DNA from: Tricharina praecox
Taxonomy: Eukaryota
Direction: 5' to 3'
DNA length: 64,000 bases
NCBI RefSeq assembly: GCF_024521635.1
Contig: NW_026250407.1
Location: 744,001-808,000 of the forward strand
Both the position numbers and the translations under genes were made by a program. This document shows positions 39,217-51,755 of this stretch, in pieces (the stretch's first letter is position 1; the number at the start of each line of letters is the position of its first letter). The notes under the pieces are model-generated. The model searched no databases. It saw only the letters and a program-made list of their open reading frames with translations, and was not told where the DNA came from.

Positions 39217-40349
39217 TTAATACTGAACATGAGCCGCGACCTGCGCCGCGCCCGTGTTCCACCAACTAGCAATCCCGAGCGCAAAGATGACGACTCCCGC
39301 GTCCGCAAGTATCGCCCACAGGAAGACGCTGTACCTAGCGAGCGTGGAGAGGTACGTGCTGAACGGCGCGGGGAGGAAGCCGGCGACCTTCGTGAGCAGG
39401 CTGCCCTGTGGCGGGCGGCCCTTCTCCAGTAGGAAGCGCGTCGACTGCAGGAGCAGCTCCATTAGGGCGAAGTACCAGAATAGTTGCTGTGCGATGAAGG
39501 AACAGGTTAGTTGCTGGACGGAAGAGACGGTGGTGGGGGTGGAGTGCATCATACCGGCTTCTCGCTCCTCGTCAGACCGGCACTCTCAGTCCTCGCCAGC
39601 TGGGATCCATCAAACACCACCGGACTGGCCCTCAGCGTCCAAAACGAGATCATGAGGGCGCCCAACGCATGCAGTATGGACCACCAGACGCCCGATCGAT
39701 CCGCCTTCTGCTCAGCCGCCTGGACACCCTCTCCAATGCCTCCCATCATCCCGCTCATCATGCTCTCCATGCCCGGCGGCATGCCGGGCATGCCACCGAG
39801 CCCGCCGCCTGCACCGGAGATCTGCTGCAGCAACTGCATCAGCGGGTCCTGCCCCTCGTCGAGGCTAGGCGTGCCGCTGGGACTGCTGGACGATGACCCG
39901 CGCGGCCGGTACAGCTGGTCCAGCATCATCGCCTGCCGGATATCGTCCTCGGGCGACACGGTGCTCGAGAAGTGCGCCGCCGCGTGCTGCTGCAGGATCG
40001 ATGGGCGCGAGGACAGCGTCGGCCGCGTCAGCGAGATGTCGACTTCCGGCGGGTCGGAGTGCGATTCCCCTTCCCCCTCCACCGTCGGTGCCGGCGGTGG
40101 TGTCGCCTCGGGTTCTGGAAAGCAAATCGTCAGTGTGTGGCCTTCGCCCCCGGGGGAGGGGGGGAGGGGAGGGATGGGATGTGTGCGCTCACCGTCTCGT
40201 CGGAAACTGGTCCCCTGCGTCGCGGTGATGCGGTTGAGCCGCACGCTGCCCCCCTCGCGCATCTTGGCTTGTCGCCGCTCCCGCCGGATACGGGCTTGCT
40301 CCTGCGCACTCAGTGAGGAAGTGGCCGCTGCTGCTGTGGTGTCTGCCAT
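39217..40349 (-). CDS. GET2: GET complex subunit Get2 (ER receptor for tail-anchored proteins)
   Basis: Exons 40349-40193, 40114-39555, 39486-39217. N-terminal QARIRRERRQAKMREGGSVRLNRIT motif and three C-terminal hydrophobic helices. Confidence 0.88.
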
Positions 40350-41712
40350 CGTGTTCTGTGTGTCTGTGTGTGTGTGGATGGGTGTGTGGATGGGTGTGTG
40401 GATGGGTGTGTCTGTGTGGGTGGAGGGGCGATCGAGGACGACTATTTTGATTCGTCGTGCGAAGGGGGCGGAAGAAGTTGGTTGGTTGGTGGTTGGTCGC
40501 GGATTTTCTTTCAGCGTTCGATTCCGATTTCGAGATTGAAATCAGAACAGATCGCAAGGTCAAGGTCGAGTGACGCCGGGCCGGTCAAGGTTTAGCGCCG
40601 GAGGCTTGGTTAGCACTAAATTAGCTGTCAGGCGTGAGTCAGCAACGGAGTCCTGCCCACGCACTCTGGATGATCCAGATCACTCGCAATCAATCTCCAA
40701 CGCCAAACGCCAGACGTCAAACGTCGAACCAAACGTCTTCTTTCCTTCCGTGTTTCCTTTTTATGCGCGGATGGGTCGGGTGGAGAGCAATAGGGAACCC
40801 ACATCGAGCTCGCGGCCAGCGGTCGGAGACAGTGGGGTGGAACCGGACGTGTATACAGCCATGATCTGCCAAGGTCGAATGCTACGATGATGAAACAAAA
40901 AACAAAAAAACTAAACGTCCCCCCCCTCGAAGGCTGAGAGGCCGGCTTCAATATACACCCTATCAGGCCTGCCTACCTCCTTCCAAGTTCCCAGCGCTAT
41001 ATGTAGCATACCTACTAGAGTTCCACGAAAGAGACTCAGCAGAGGGCCAGAACTCAAGGCTATGTAAGCTCATGTTCGTTCCGCTCTCATCCGCGAACAC
41101 TGGACCGAGTATGGTAGATTAGAGTATCGTAAGCACCAGGAATCGCAGCACCAGGTGCCGCATCGTATGTATTGTACAATGCGGATAATCCCAACTACCA
41201 TGTAGCTACGACATGAACGGGCGTGAACATCCGGTGGGTACATTAGGTACATTAGGTACATGGAAAGCGTACAGAGAAGTCAAGAGAAAAGAACAAGAAA
41301 AAACATTCATAGCAGCATTGAACGCCAGTGAGAGAATAAACAAAATGTACAGATACCAAGGACTCCCTCATGCTACGTACGTACATACAAAGGACCATCG
41401 GAATGGAGGAGGAGAAAAAGGTTGGAGAGAGCATTAAGTAGTACCGGTAGGTACAGTAGCATGATGATTCGCGAGATCTCAAAAACGAAGCAAGAAAAGA
41501 AAAGAAAGAAAAAAAAGTAATAAACCCCCGTAACCCCTTCCCCAGGAACTCCAGTCATAGATAGTAGATCATAGTCGCACCCAGCCCAGCCCATTTTGAA
41601 CCGTCTCAAACGTCCACCGTGTCGAAAAAACAAATCAATCATGTGTTTACTCCACGTAAGAAAAGAAAGAAAGAATACCCCAAAGACCCTTGCCAGGCCT
41701 AGCTAGCATCTG

Positions 41713-42887
41713 TTAGAACTGTCCTCCCGCTCCCTCCAGCTGCTGTAGGTACAGCCTCAGGCGGTTATTCCCCTTCTTCAGGTCGTCGAGATAGTTTGCC
41801 GCGTGGATCAAGACAGCGCTTTTACTGTATCCGCCGGCCTTGAGCTCTGGTACCAACGCGCACAGCTCCTCAAAGCCTTGTCGGATCAGATTCCGCCGCT
41901 TCTGCTCGCTGTGGATGTGATTCTCCCGCTTCTGGGACTCGGTCAAGTTATCCCGCTTCTGGACTGGCTTCTTTTTAGACTTTGACGCAGACTCGGAGCT
42001 TCGGGGCCGCGACTTCCGCGCGGACTTTGACGGAGTGAAATCCCCGCCGTCCTCCGTGCGTCGCTTCATGCCCGTCCCTGATTGGGAGGAGATGCTGCCA
42101 CCTTCGCCCATCCCCGGCGAAGAATCTTCATCGCCGTAGTCATCCTCGGGGTCACCCTTGACTTCAGTTGGCGAGTTCACAGCCGTCGTTACTGCTGATC
42201 CGTTCCGCGTGAGAGCCGAGTAGACCTTGGAGCGCACCTCCGCGTCCTTATCGAGCGCGGCGGTGACGGCTGGTGGGTGATATCCATTGGGCGCAAAATT
42301 TGTATCCGTTCCGAAGTTGAGCAAGCCGGGCGCGGTACTCATCGGATGTTGGGGGTTCTGCGAGCGCATCATTTCGTGATTACCGGTGAATGGGTTGAGG
42401 TCGATATGCGGAGCGCCCATGGATGGCGCCGAAGGGACGTGGCTCCCGTAGTAGTTGTTGTTCGGGCCTGGGGACGAGAGAGCACCGTTCGGTAGCGTGT
42501 GCATCTGCGGCACGAACCCGCGGGGCACGGTAGTAGGCCACATAGCTGTGTCCTTTGGTATTTCCGGTTCGAAGATGTGCGACGGATCTACCGAGGGCAC
42601 CATGTCGTGCGGCATGTTGAAGAATTGGTCGAAGAAGTTCTGCTGCTGAGGATCGAGCAGGGGCTGACCCACGGGCGGCGGGGGAGAAGGAACATCTAGT
42701 GAACCCAACGAACTGGATAGTCCATCTGCAGGTACAAGCATGAACTGTCAGTCGACAAAGTACGCGAGAGGATCATGAGCGAGAGCGCAGCTTGGTGGTT
42801 GGTGGGGAAAGGTTGGTGGTACACACAGACAGAGGTCCAGTCGAGGGGAGGCGACCGCGAAGACGAGGGTATGTAGTTGTTGTGCAT
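41713..42887 (-). CDS. bHLH transcription factor, Ino2/Yas2-like
   Basis: Main exon 42725-41713 with LTESQKRENHIHSEQKRRNLIRQGFEELCALVP..YSKSAVLIHAANYL. First exon (42887-42827, donor GTGTGT) is tentative. Confidence 0.85.
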
Positions 42888-44460
42888 GTATTTTGTTGTT
42901 TCGGGGTTGAGATGGTTGTGTATGAGTAGAGGTGAGTTGAGCATTTGATGAGAGAAGCGAATGGGGGGGTCGGGGGTGGTTGTGTGTGGGGGCGTTGTTG
43001 TGGGGGGCGTTGTTGGGGTTGGCGCGGGTGGTCGTCGTCACCTGGCGCGTTTTTTGGTCTCCGCGCAGACAGAAGCAGATGCTTTTCCAGAATGATGCTC
43101 CGCGATCGTTTATGCGTACGAATCACTGGCTCACCGGCTCGCTCGCCGACTTCGGGCCTCGGGGGTGCGTAGGAGCGCAGAGAGGAAGCACGAGAGAATC
43201 GGATACCAGTAGCGGAGATACGATTTCTCGGGCAAAGCTAGCGGGAGACGAGTGAGAATGAAAGTGTATGGTCTGATATGGTCTCGTTGTGTCGTGTCGA
43301 GGTTTTGTGGCTTGTTATTTTGTGTTCCGTCGTATCTCTGGTTGTCCGTCTGGGCCAGTGTGGTTTCGTGTGCAGATTTCTCGACGGTGTTGCCAACGGG
43401 TTTGATGGTAGGTACCAGTGCGTAGGAGGTGGAGGAGGAGCAGGAGGAGTTGGAGGGGCAGAACACCACCTACATGCCCATGCACTCGTATGTAGGTATA
43501 ACAGTTACGCGGAGTAGAGTACCTAGCGGCGAATCTGGGATCGGACAAATATGCGGTGTCTGGTGTTTTTTTTAATATGCAGATCTGACTTCTAGCTGGA
43601 GTTGTACGATATGTGTCGGAGGGACGCGGAGGGAACGAATGCGAGTTGGAGTTGGAGGAGGCCGGAGGAGGAGGCCGGAGGAAGAATGAGGTTTGAGGTA
43701 TGTATAGGAAAGGGGAGGACCGTCTATACCGAAGGAGAGGACGACGACAAAGACCAACAATGAAAGGAGTGACCCCGCCCTCGTCCCGAGAAGAAGGGGT
43801 AAAGCTCGTCGTCGACGTTTGGCGTCTCGAGTCTCGACTGTCGAGATCTTCGCCGGAAGTAACGGTTATTTGGGATTGCGCTTCCTCAGGAGCATGGGAC
43901 ACCAAGTACCAAGGCAAGTACCAACTCTAGTACTATCATAGTATCTAGCACTCTGCCTTTCACCGAATACTCTGCCCGAGTACTTGCTTACTCAAGCACC
44001 TTATGTACAGTTCCTGGGCGATTGACAGACAAGGCCCAGCGGTTCATAGAGTACGGTAGAGTATCGAATCCCTATCGGATTGATTGCCATTGCTGATCCT
44101 CCTCCAGTTTCTCTGGTTTGCACCCACCCATCACCATTGTGGATACATGATACCACGGCTACAAATAGGCTGATGATACCGAACGACGACGGACGGATGA
44201 ACGAGCTCCTGGCCGCACAGTGTGGCCGGTCCCACTAACCAACCAACTACTTCTAAGTACCGATATCTACCCAAGCAAGTATTTACCTGGGTGAGAATCT
44301 ACCTCCCTCCCATCCAGAGCCCAGCCGTCTCGTCTCACTCCTCGCATTCATCCTTTTCGTTTTGCTTTTTGTTCTACTCTACCGTACTCTATTCGCATCC
44401 AATCCAAGCATCCGTTCGGCGAGTGCCTGGGGACGGTGGAGGCTGGTGGTCCGCGATTGC

Positions 44461-44910
44461 CATGTGAAAGAGGGAGCAACGAGCATACTTAGCCGGCCGA
44501 CGCAGGAGTTCCCCATCAACCACTAATTACCAGCTAGTAAACCCCTCCCCTCCACTCCCCTCCCCTCCCTCCCCTCCAGTCTCCACCAGCTCTAGCGCTT
44601 CCCCAGGTTTCTTCAGAGCACCATCTCTCTTTTTCTCCCTCGCAGATTCGCAGTTGCAACTTCCATGCCTCTGCCTCTGCGCCGTTTTGGTTAGCGATGC
44701 TCCCACACGTCTGTATGTATGCAAGAAGTAGAGCATGTCCAGGCACCCCTCCGCAGGCCTCCGCAGGCCTCCGCAGTGAGCACCCGCTCTCGAGTCCAAA
44801 CCGCATCGAGGAATTGCAGTGTGCAGTGTGCACAGCTTCTAAGTTCTGCCCCAGTGCCCCCTCCCCATCCCTGTTGCTGACGGCGCGGCCTTGTGCTCAG
44901 CTTTCACATG
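44461..44910. promoter_or_regulatory. Two inverted ICRE/UAS-INO-like E-boxes (CATGTGAAAG)
   Basis: CATGTGAAAG at 44461-44470 and its exact reverse complement CTTTCACATG at 44901-44910. Confidence 0.45.
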
Positions 44911-46096
44911 TCGACGGAACTGACCGATGGGATGGGATGGCATGCGGCGAGGGAGCCGGACTGCACACGCTGCACACGGACCGCGATGGATCGATCGCGG
45001 AAAACCGCACACCGCAGTTTTCACGGAGTCACAGACAGCTTGCGGAGTTGCGGTGGGATACAAGCGTGCGACGCTGTTGTGTATGTAGTAGTGTGCTGAA
45101 GAATTCGAGCGAGGAGAGGGCGGGTCGAGGTGATGTGCAGTCTCGTGTGTGTGCTACATACGACAGTAGAGACCGTAGATGGAGCACAGTCTCCAACAGA
45201 CGAGCGAGAGAGCTCTTCGGGCACGGCCACCGCCAGCCCTACGGCATTCGAGTGTGCTGCCACAGCGCCGCCGACCGTTCGCCGCACTCCACGAAAATCG
45301 CAATCACACGCCACGCCACAGCGCCTCTCTTCCCTTCCAGCAGAGAAAGAACACGAGTTTAGATCTTCAAAAACACCATACATACCCTACATACTCTACA
45401 CAGGCATTCTGACATGTGATTCCCGACGCGTCGCAAGGTACTGGTTCGTTATGTGGCGTGAAGTCTCAACGTCATACCACGGTAGCACACGCACACGCAC
45501 AAGCACCAGCAAGTCTTGGATCCCGCGTTGGGTGAGGTGGGCTGGAACGGGGGGAGTGGGAATCTCATTCCAACTTTGCAGTTGCCGTGCAGCGCAGCAG
45601 TGCAGTGCAGTGCGGCGCAAGTGCCGCCTGTCGAACAACTCGTTACTCGTCCATCCCTGAGTTCATATCCGCGACGTCGCTCGACGTTGCTCTGCTCGGC
45701 CCTGCTAAGTTCTAACTAACATCTAGGTACATGCCGACATACCGACATACATATCCCCACCCGTCTATCATACCTGACATATCCGACCCGCGGTTTCAAC
45801 TGCTTTCGAACTTGCTTGTCTGTCTGATTTCCCCGGTAAACTAGCTCCGGCCCGTTGACGTTCGATAAACCGCGCGGCGTACCTACAGTACTGTACCGCA
45901 CCTACCGTATCTACCTACCACCCCCGAGCCGGTGTCTGCTTGCTTGCCTGCTTGCTTGCTTGTGTGTTGCACGAAGGAAGATAGAAAGGAAACAAGAGGA
46001 AGGGAAAGGAACAGAAAGAAAGAGAGAAAGAAAGAAACAAAGCGAGAAAGCGAGAAAGCCAAAAAACGAAGAAAGATCGGTGACAGTTCGATCGCC

Positions 46097-47790
46097 ATGG
46101 AGATCCAGGCGACAAAAGCTTTGCATCGTCGGGGAATCGATCCGTGAGTTCCTGTTCCGGGTTGACGTCGTGTGTTGTGTGCGCGCGCAGCACGTGGACG
46201 TGGTTGCTTGTTGTTGGCGGTGATGTTTACTGACCGACCCCAACATTGGTATCAGAATCCTTAGGGCCTATGGTTTTGGTGCGTTATCGTTTTTGGGCCC
46301 GCGACTGCTGGGTCTCATCTTCGCGAAGGTGCGACAGAGAAAGGGCCGGAACAAGAGCAGAGCGAATGGAAAGACGGAAGAGAAGAAGCATACAGGCGCG
46401 GATGTGAGTGTTGCTGTGGACTGTCTTCCCTCTTATGCTCCCCATATTCCCACCCTTTAGCAATGGTAAACTGACACCCAGGGAAACCAAAAAAACAGAT
46501 TCTCCGAATATTGAGACAAACTCTAGATATACACCGATTTCCCGCCTTCTGCGGTTTTACCGTGACCGCGCGCCTTATTCTCCAGCCGCTCTTCGAGAAG
46601 CTGCTCTCAGCGGATGCTCGAATAAACCCTGGGGGGAATCCGGCAGCGACGGCGCTGGTATCGCGGCATGGGTTGGCGTCGTTCTCAGCCGGCGCCCTTG
46701 CAGCAGCCGGTGGGCTGCAATTACTGAACGCCCGCCAGACCGGCGATGCTGGCCGGACGCTGGACTTAACCTTGTTTGCCCTGACCCGCGCGGTCGATAT
46801 CGTTGTGGGGGAATTGTGGGAGAGGCGAAAGGACCGCCGTGTCCGCGCTGGGAAGTTCAACAAGTTGGATTCCTCGATCGGATACGTCGCGGATTCCCTC
46901 GTCTTTGCTGTGAGCACGGCGGTTATCATGTTTGCCTGGTTTTATTATCCGGAAAAGCTGCCTGCGTATGTCTCCACATTCTAGCTTCGTGATTGATATA
47001 TCTGGAGCCGTCTTTTCTGATGTGTGTGTGTGTCTGTCTGTGTAGGGCCTACAACAAACAGATAGTTAACATCGCCAAAGCCGACCACCGACTTGTCGAG
47101 ACGCTCCGCCAGATCCGCAACGGCGACTTCATCTATGGCGTCACGACCGACGTCCCACCCGTGCTGCCATCCTACTGCACAGACCTGGGCCTGCCACCGG
47201 CGTGGGGCGACCCCGCGCAAACCATCCCCATCCCATGCGAAGTAGTCCACGGCGGGCAAACCAAAAGCTGTGAGCTCTTCGCGCTGCGGCGGTTCTGGAT
47301 CGCCACGTGGAAGACGGCCTTCCCGCTGTATCTAGGTCTCAACATGGTCAAATTCCTCCGGCCGCGTCGACCGGCGGCATCAGCGCTCCTCCGCGCCCTC
47401 TTCGAAGCCGTGCGCTCATCCGCCTTCCTCGGCTCGTTCGTCGGCATCTTCTGGTACGCCATATGCCTCACCCGGACCCGCATCGGCCCACGGCTGCTGA
47501 AGACGCTCGACCCCCTGGCCTTCGAGAACCTCTGCGTCAAGGTCGGCTGTCTCCTCTGCGGATGGAGCATTCTCGTCGAGACGCCACACAGGCGCACTGA
47601 GATCGCGTTCTTTGTCGCACCGCGCGCCCTTGCCGTCCTCCTGCCTCGCACCTATAACCCAAGGCATCAGTGGATCGAGAATACTGTCTTTGCGCTCAGC
47701 TCCGGCGTCATTCTCACCGTGCTCAGACATAAGCCCCAGCGCATCAGAGGCGTGTTTGGTAAGTTGCTGAGGAAAATCGTGACGGAGTGA
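46097..47790 (+). CDS. TMEM135/PXMP4-like integral membrane protein
   Basis: Exons 46097-46143, 46256-46403, 46499-46965, 47046-47790 join in frame. Motifs GRTLDLTLFALTRAVD, IMFAWFYYPEKLP, PIPCEVVH, AVRSSAFLGSF and RRTEIAFFVAPRAL. Confidence 0.85.
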
Positions 47791-49186
47791 GGTGGGGGGT
47801 TCATATCGGGGGGTAGTGGGGATATGGGAGAAGTGGGTCTTTGCTCATTGGTCATTGGTCATTGGTCTTTGAATGATACATACATACATACTTGTACATA
47901 ATCACATCCGCGCACAGCGACGGATTTACTTTCCTTCGAGTCCCGTTCCGTCACGCTCGGGATCTACTTCCGTCCGTCCTCCGCCGCCGTAGAGCGGCAG
48001 TTTGATATAGGTACATACATCATAGGTATATAAGCGAGTCGCTGCTGAGAGAATCTATGTACCTAATTGCGTGTTGGAGTGGATTGAGATGCCATCTTTG
48101 AAGATGTACGGTAACAGAAGTTGGGGGAATCCGAGTGTTCCGCCCCGCCCCGCCTTGTCATGCACAATGCACAATGCGCAGTGCACCGGAAATATCGGAA
48201 TGGCGGAGTAACGGCACTGTGAGCTCCCGTGCAAGGGGTAACTTGGGAATGTAGGACCGGGGGTGTGTGGGTGGGGCCCGGGGGGTGAGTGATCTACTGT
48301 GCATGAGCGTGGAATAGGTATAGCACAGGGTGTTCTCTATGTACACAGGTACAGACAAATGGTCTGCTTCTGAGCTCAGGGGGCGGGGAGGGGCGGGGGG
48401 AGGAGGAAGGGGCGGGGTGAAAACGCGTCTGGTCTGGTCGGAGTTCCGACTCCTCGGTTCAGGTTCAGGTTCAGGTTCAGATTCAGCTGCCGTGTCGAGA
48501 CACTGAAACATCGGGTGGTGGAGGTGAAAGGTGGGGTGATGTCGCATTCTGCCGGCGCTCACTCGCGGTCGTCTACCTCCCTACCTACCCTGGGTATGGT
48601 CCATGGGTGGATGGCATCGGCTTTGTGCCCGGTGTGTCGGCGTCGGCGTCGATAGTTGGCGCTACCCCTTGAGCCGATGTCGTTGCGCACGGCCTGTAGG
48701 TACGGTGCGGTGTGCGCGGTGTGGAGATCGTGGCTGGCTGCTATGTATGTGCCGAATCGCTTGGACCTTTCGAGGGCGGGAGTGAGGTTTCAACTTCCGA
48801 GTGATATTTGGGGCAATGCTGTGGGGTTGATTAGGTTTATCACTTGCAATTGTGTACTAACGAAACAATGGATGTGCTCTGCGGCACATTTATGAGTAGG
48901 CCCGGGAAGTAGTTCGCATGGTATGGAGTATGATGGAGGACTTGTAAGTTGTGCTTGCTATGTATGATGGGAGTGGTACCGGACCGGGTCATGGTATCTC
49001 ACTTCCACCGAGGTATGGAGAGTCAAGGCTTCGCTCGACCAGCCGGTCCACCGCCGATGGAAAGGGCCGATTGCAGCAATCCACAAGCGTATCATACATC
49101 GCCAAAGCGACAGAATCCCGAATCTACTCTTCTATAGTACACCATGCCATCAATCCATCCATCTTTCCATCTTTCCACCCACCCAT

Positions 49187-49882
49187 TTACGCAGTCATAC
49201 CCCCGCCCACCCTCTCCTCCTCCTTCTTCGCGGCCCTCTTCGCCTCCTTCGTGATAGTCGCGCGCCTCAGCCTGTCCCTCTCCTGGAGGTACTCGTTGGC
49301 CAGTAAGCTGTCGGCCTCATTGATCGGCAGCTGCTTCGCCCGCGTCATCTCAAACAGCTGCTTCACAATGTCGTTCTCGTGGATGTGTTGGCAGTCGATG
49401 ACTTCCTTTTTGTCGCCCGCTGTTCGGGGTCAGTAAATCGGGGGACCTCGGGGAAGGAGGGAGGGGGGGTGGGCATAGTTACCGAATTCAACAGTCAGCG
49501 TCGCGGGCCCGCCGATTTCGTGTCGCTGCTCGACCTCGATGGGGAGGTCGGGGTTGTGGTATTTCAGTCGCGGGAGGTAGAGACGCCAGAATTTCCTGTG
49601 TGTGTGTCGCATTGGAATCTCTCATCAGCTTCCCCATTGCCGCACACATACTGGATTGGGAATTCGGAATTCGGGAGACAAACCGTGGTCCCATGTGACC
49701 CTCATTGATCTTGGCCGCGTACGTGAGTGCTAGCCGCTTCACCTCCGGCGGCATGATGGCGGCGCCGAAGCCGTTGCGGACGAGGGCGAGTTTCTGCCGT
49801 CCTGTCAGTTTCAATCCGAGAGGGCTAGAGGGAGGGGACGTACACCCCGCATGGTGCGCATGCGCGCTATGGCTCCTGTCAT
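49187..49882 (-). CDS. MRP49: Mitochondrial ribosomal protein Mrp49 (L51/S25/CI-B8 domain)
   Basis: Exons 49882-49844, 49793-49684, 49595-49483, 49419-49187. Motif GHMGPRKFWRLYLPRLKYHNPDLPIEV; basic N-terminus resembles a presequence. Confidence 0.88.
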
Positions 49883-50149
49883 TGTTGCGGAATGCTATCT
49901 TGCTATCTTGCTGGCTGACTGGCTGGCTGGACGGATCGGGAGTTGCTCTGCTCTGCTCGGAGGACGTGGGGAAAAGTTGTAGTTTGGCGGGGATAGGTTT
50001 GTGCGGCTCACAGTTTTTGCCAAGCTCATGTGGGTTGCGCCTGCAGGGTCGCGTCTTCCCCAGATCAGCCGCACTGTAAACACGTCGGCGTCGTCATCAC
50101 GTCCTCTATCTACCTCTCTCTTTCCCGACTCTTTCCCGACACACACACA

Positions 50150-51406
50150 ATGGTACACCCACCCCCGCGTCCTGAGAGGGGGAGAAGTGGACTGACGTAT
50201 TAGGCCCAGCAGGCGAACAAGAAACGAGTAACCGGCAGCGGCATCTCCGCGCCCGCGCCGGCGCCCGTAAAAACAACAACAAACACTGCATCGTCGTCAT
50301 CGACCAAAACGACAAAACTAAAGCCGAAGGCTGCCGCCAATAAGCCACAGAAACGGGGTGACACTAGTGGTAAAGCAGCTGGCGCAGGGACATCCAAAAA
50401 ACGGAAGGCCGTGGAAGAAGCGGAGGAGGGGGAGGAGGGCGGGGATGAAGGTACTACAGCCCACAGGGGGGGTTCAACTCGGAGACTGACTGTGGCCAGG
50501 TCAATCAGGCGGCGATAAGGTAGCCATCGACGCGGGCGCGCCAGTCCTCCGTGAGATCCTGCGGGTCGTCAAGAAATCTGATTTTAAGCGGTGGCCACTG
50601 GCGAACGAGAAGACGCAAGAAGACGTCAAGAAGATCCTGCGCGCGGCCGAGGCGCCGGCAGTCATGAGTTTCCGCAAGGAAGCGGCACAGGCGGAAGCTC
50701 AGCACGCGGTGCGCGCGGTTGTCGCGAGGTGAGTTGGGTTGAATAAGCAATGGGCAGGCAAAGGCTGAATTTTAGGACAGGTTGCTGGTTTGTGTACAGA
50801 GGATGCCGCTGCCGCATGTGGGGAAGGAGGTCACGCTCGATTACAATGATCTGGTGCATAGGACTACTGAGTTGGAGGCTGTCCTTGCGCCGACGCTGAG
50901 ACACAATGATGATTTGGAGAAGGAACTGAAGTTGCAGACTGCGTTGCTGGCTAAGGATGAGAAGGAGTTGAGTCTGCTGCAGAAAAACGCGAGAGATAAT
51001 GAACGAGTTCGCGCGGAGCAACTACGAGTGGTATGTTGGGTGGGGGGTTTTTTTGCTTCCGAATTTGCATTACGATTGACGAGTTCGATTGATCTGACAT
51101 GGCCCACATATGCAGCTGCCCCGGGCCATTCGCGCAGAGCCACAGACACCCACATACGACGGGCCCGAAGCCATCGGCGTGTCCGCGCCCCCTGATGTAC
51201 AAGCGCCATCCGCCTACGACCCGCAGAAAGACCGTGACCTATGTTCAATCACGGCGCAATTACACCAGCACCTCCAGAGCATGGAAACGAACACGGCCGT
51301 AATCGGAAGTATACCCGAAGCTATTGGGTACGGCCGTGGAGCTGTCCGTGACGTTTTGTCGCGCGGTGTTCCTACGTTGCATAGTAAAGCGATTCTCGAT
51401 TTGTGA
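50150..51406 (+). CDS. Kinetochore protein, CENP-Q/Okp1/Fta7-like
   Basis: Exons 50150-50152, 50204-50450, 50500-50728, 50781-51030, 51116-51406. Basic N-terminus, KRWPL..PAV..EAQHAV..RL..RMPLP..LDY pattern, coiled coil, LHQHLQSMETN. Confidence 0.75.
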
Positions 51407-51583
51407 TCTTGTTTCATTCATTCATTTGCCATTGGGCGGGCGATCAGGCGTTTCTGGAGCAGGTGTTTTGTTCGCATTTTGTATGTACTTTGCATTTCCG
51501 GTGCTGGGTAATGTTCGGGCCGAGGTGTTGCTTCCTGGGGCTGTGTATGGATATTTGTTTTTTTCCTGTTCATCAGACGGTAT

Positions 51584-51755
51584 GTACACGGGTGTAAGGG
51601 TAAGTGGTGCACCCCATTAAGCGCCATTTGGTAGTGGTGGTGGTGCACGACTTACCCTCACACCCGAGTACACGGGTGTAAGGGTAAGTGGTGCACCTCC
51701 TTAGGCACCACTTCGCGGTGGTGGTGGTGCATCACTTTCCCTCACACCCGAGTAC
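51584..51755. mobile_element. Tandem dimer of an 84-bp-period hairpin (mini-MITE-like) element
   Basis: Unit 1 arms 51584-51613 / 51642-51671 (27/30 complementary); unit 2 arms 51668-51697 / 51726-51755 (26/30). GTAC at all three junctions. Confidence 0.75.

Noticed and set aside
39511..40539. 342-aa plus-strand ORF
   Set aside because: Antisense shadow of GC-rich GET2
51584..51755. CRISPR-like repeat-spacer reading
   Set aside because: Eukaryotic context, only two units, the 'spacers' are homologous to each other, and there are no cas genes
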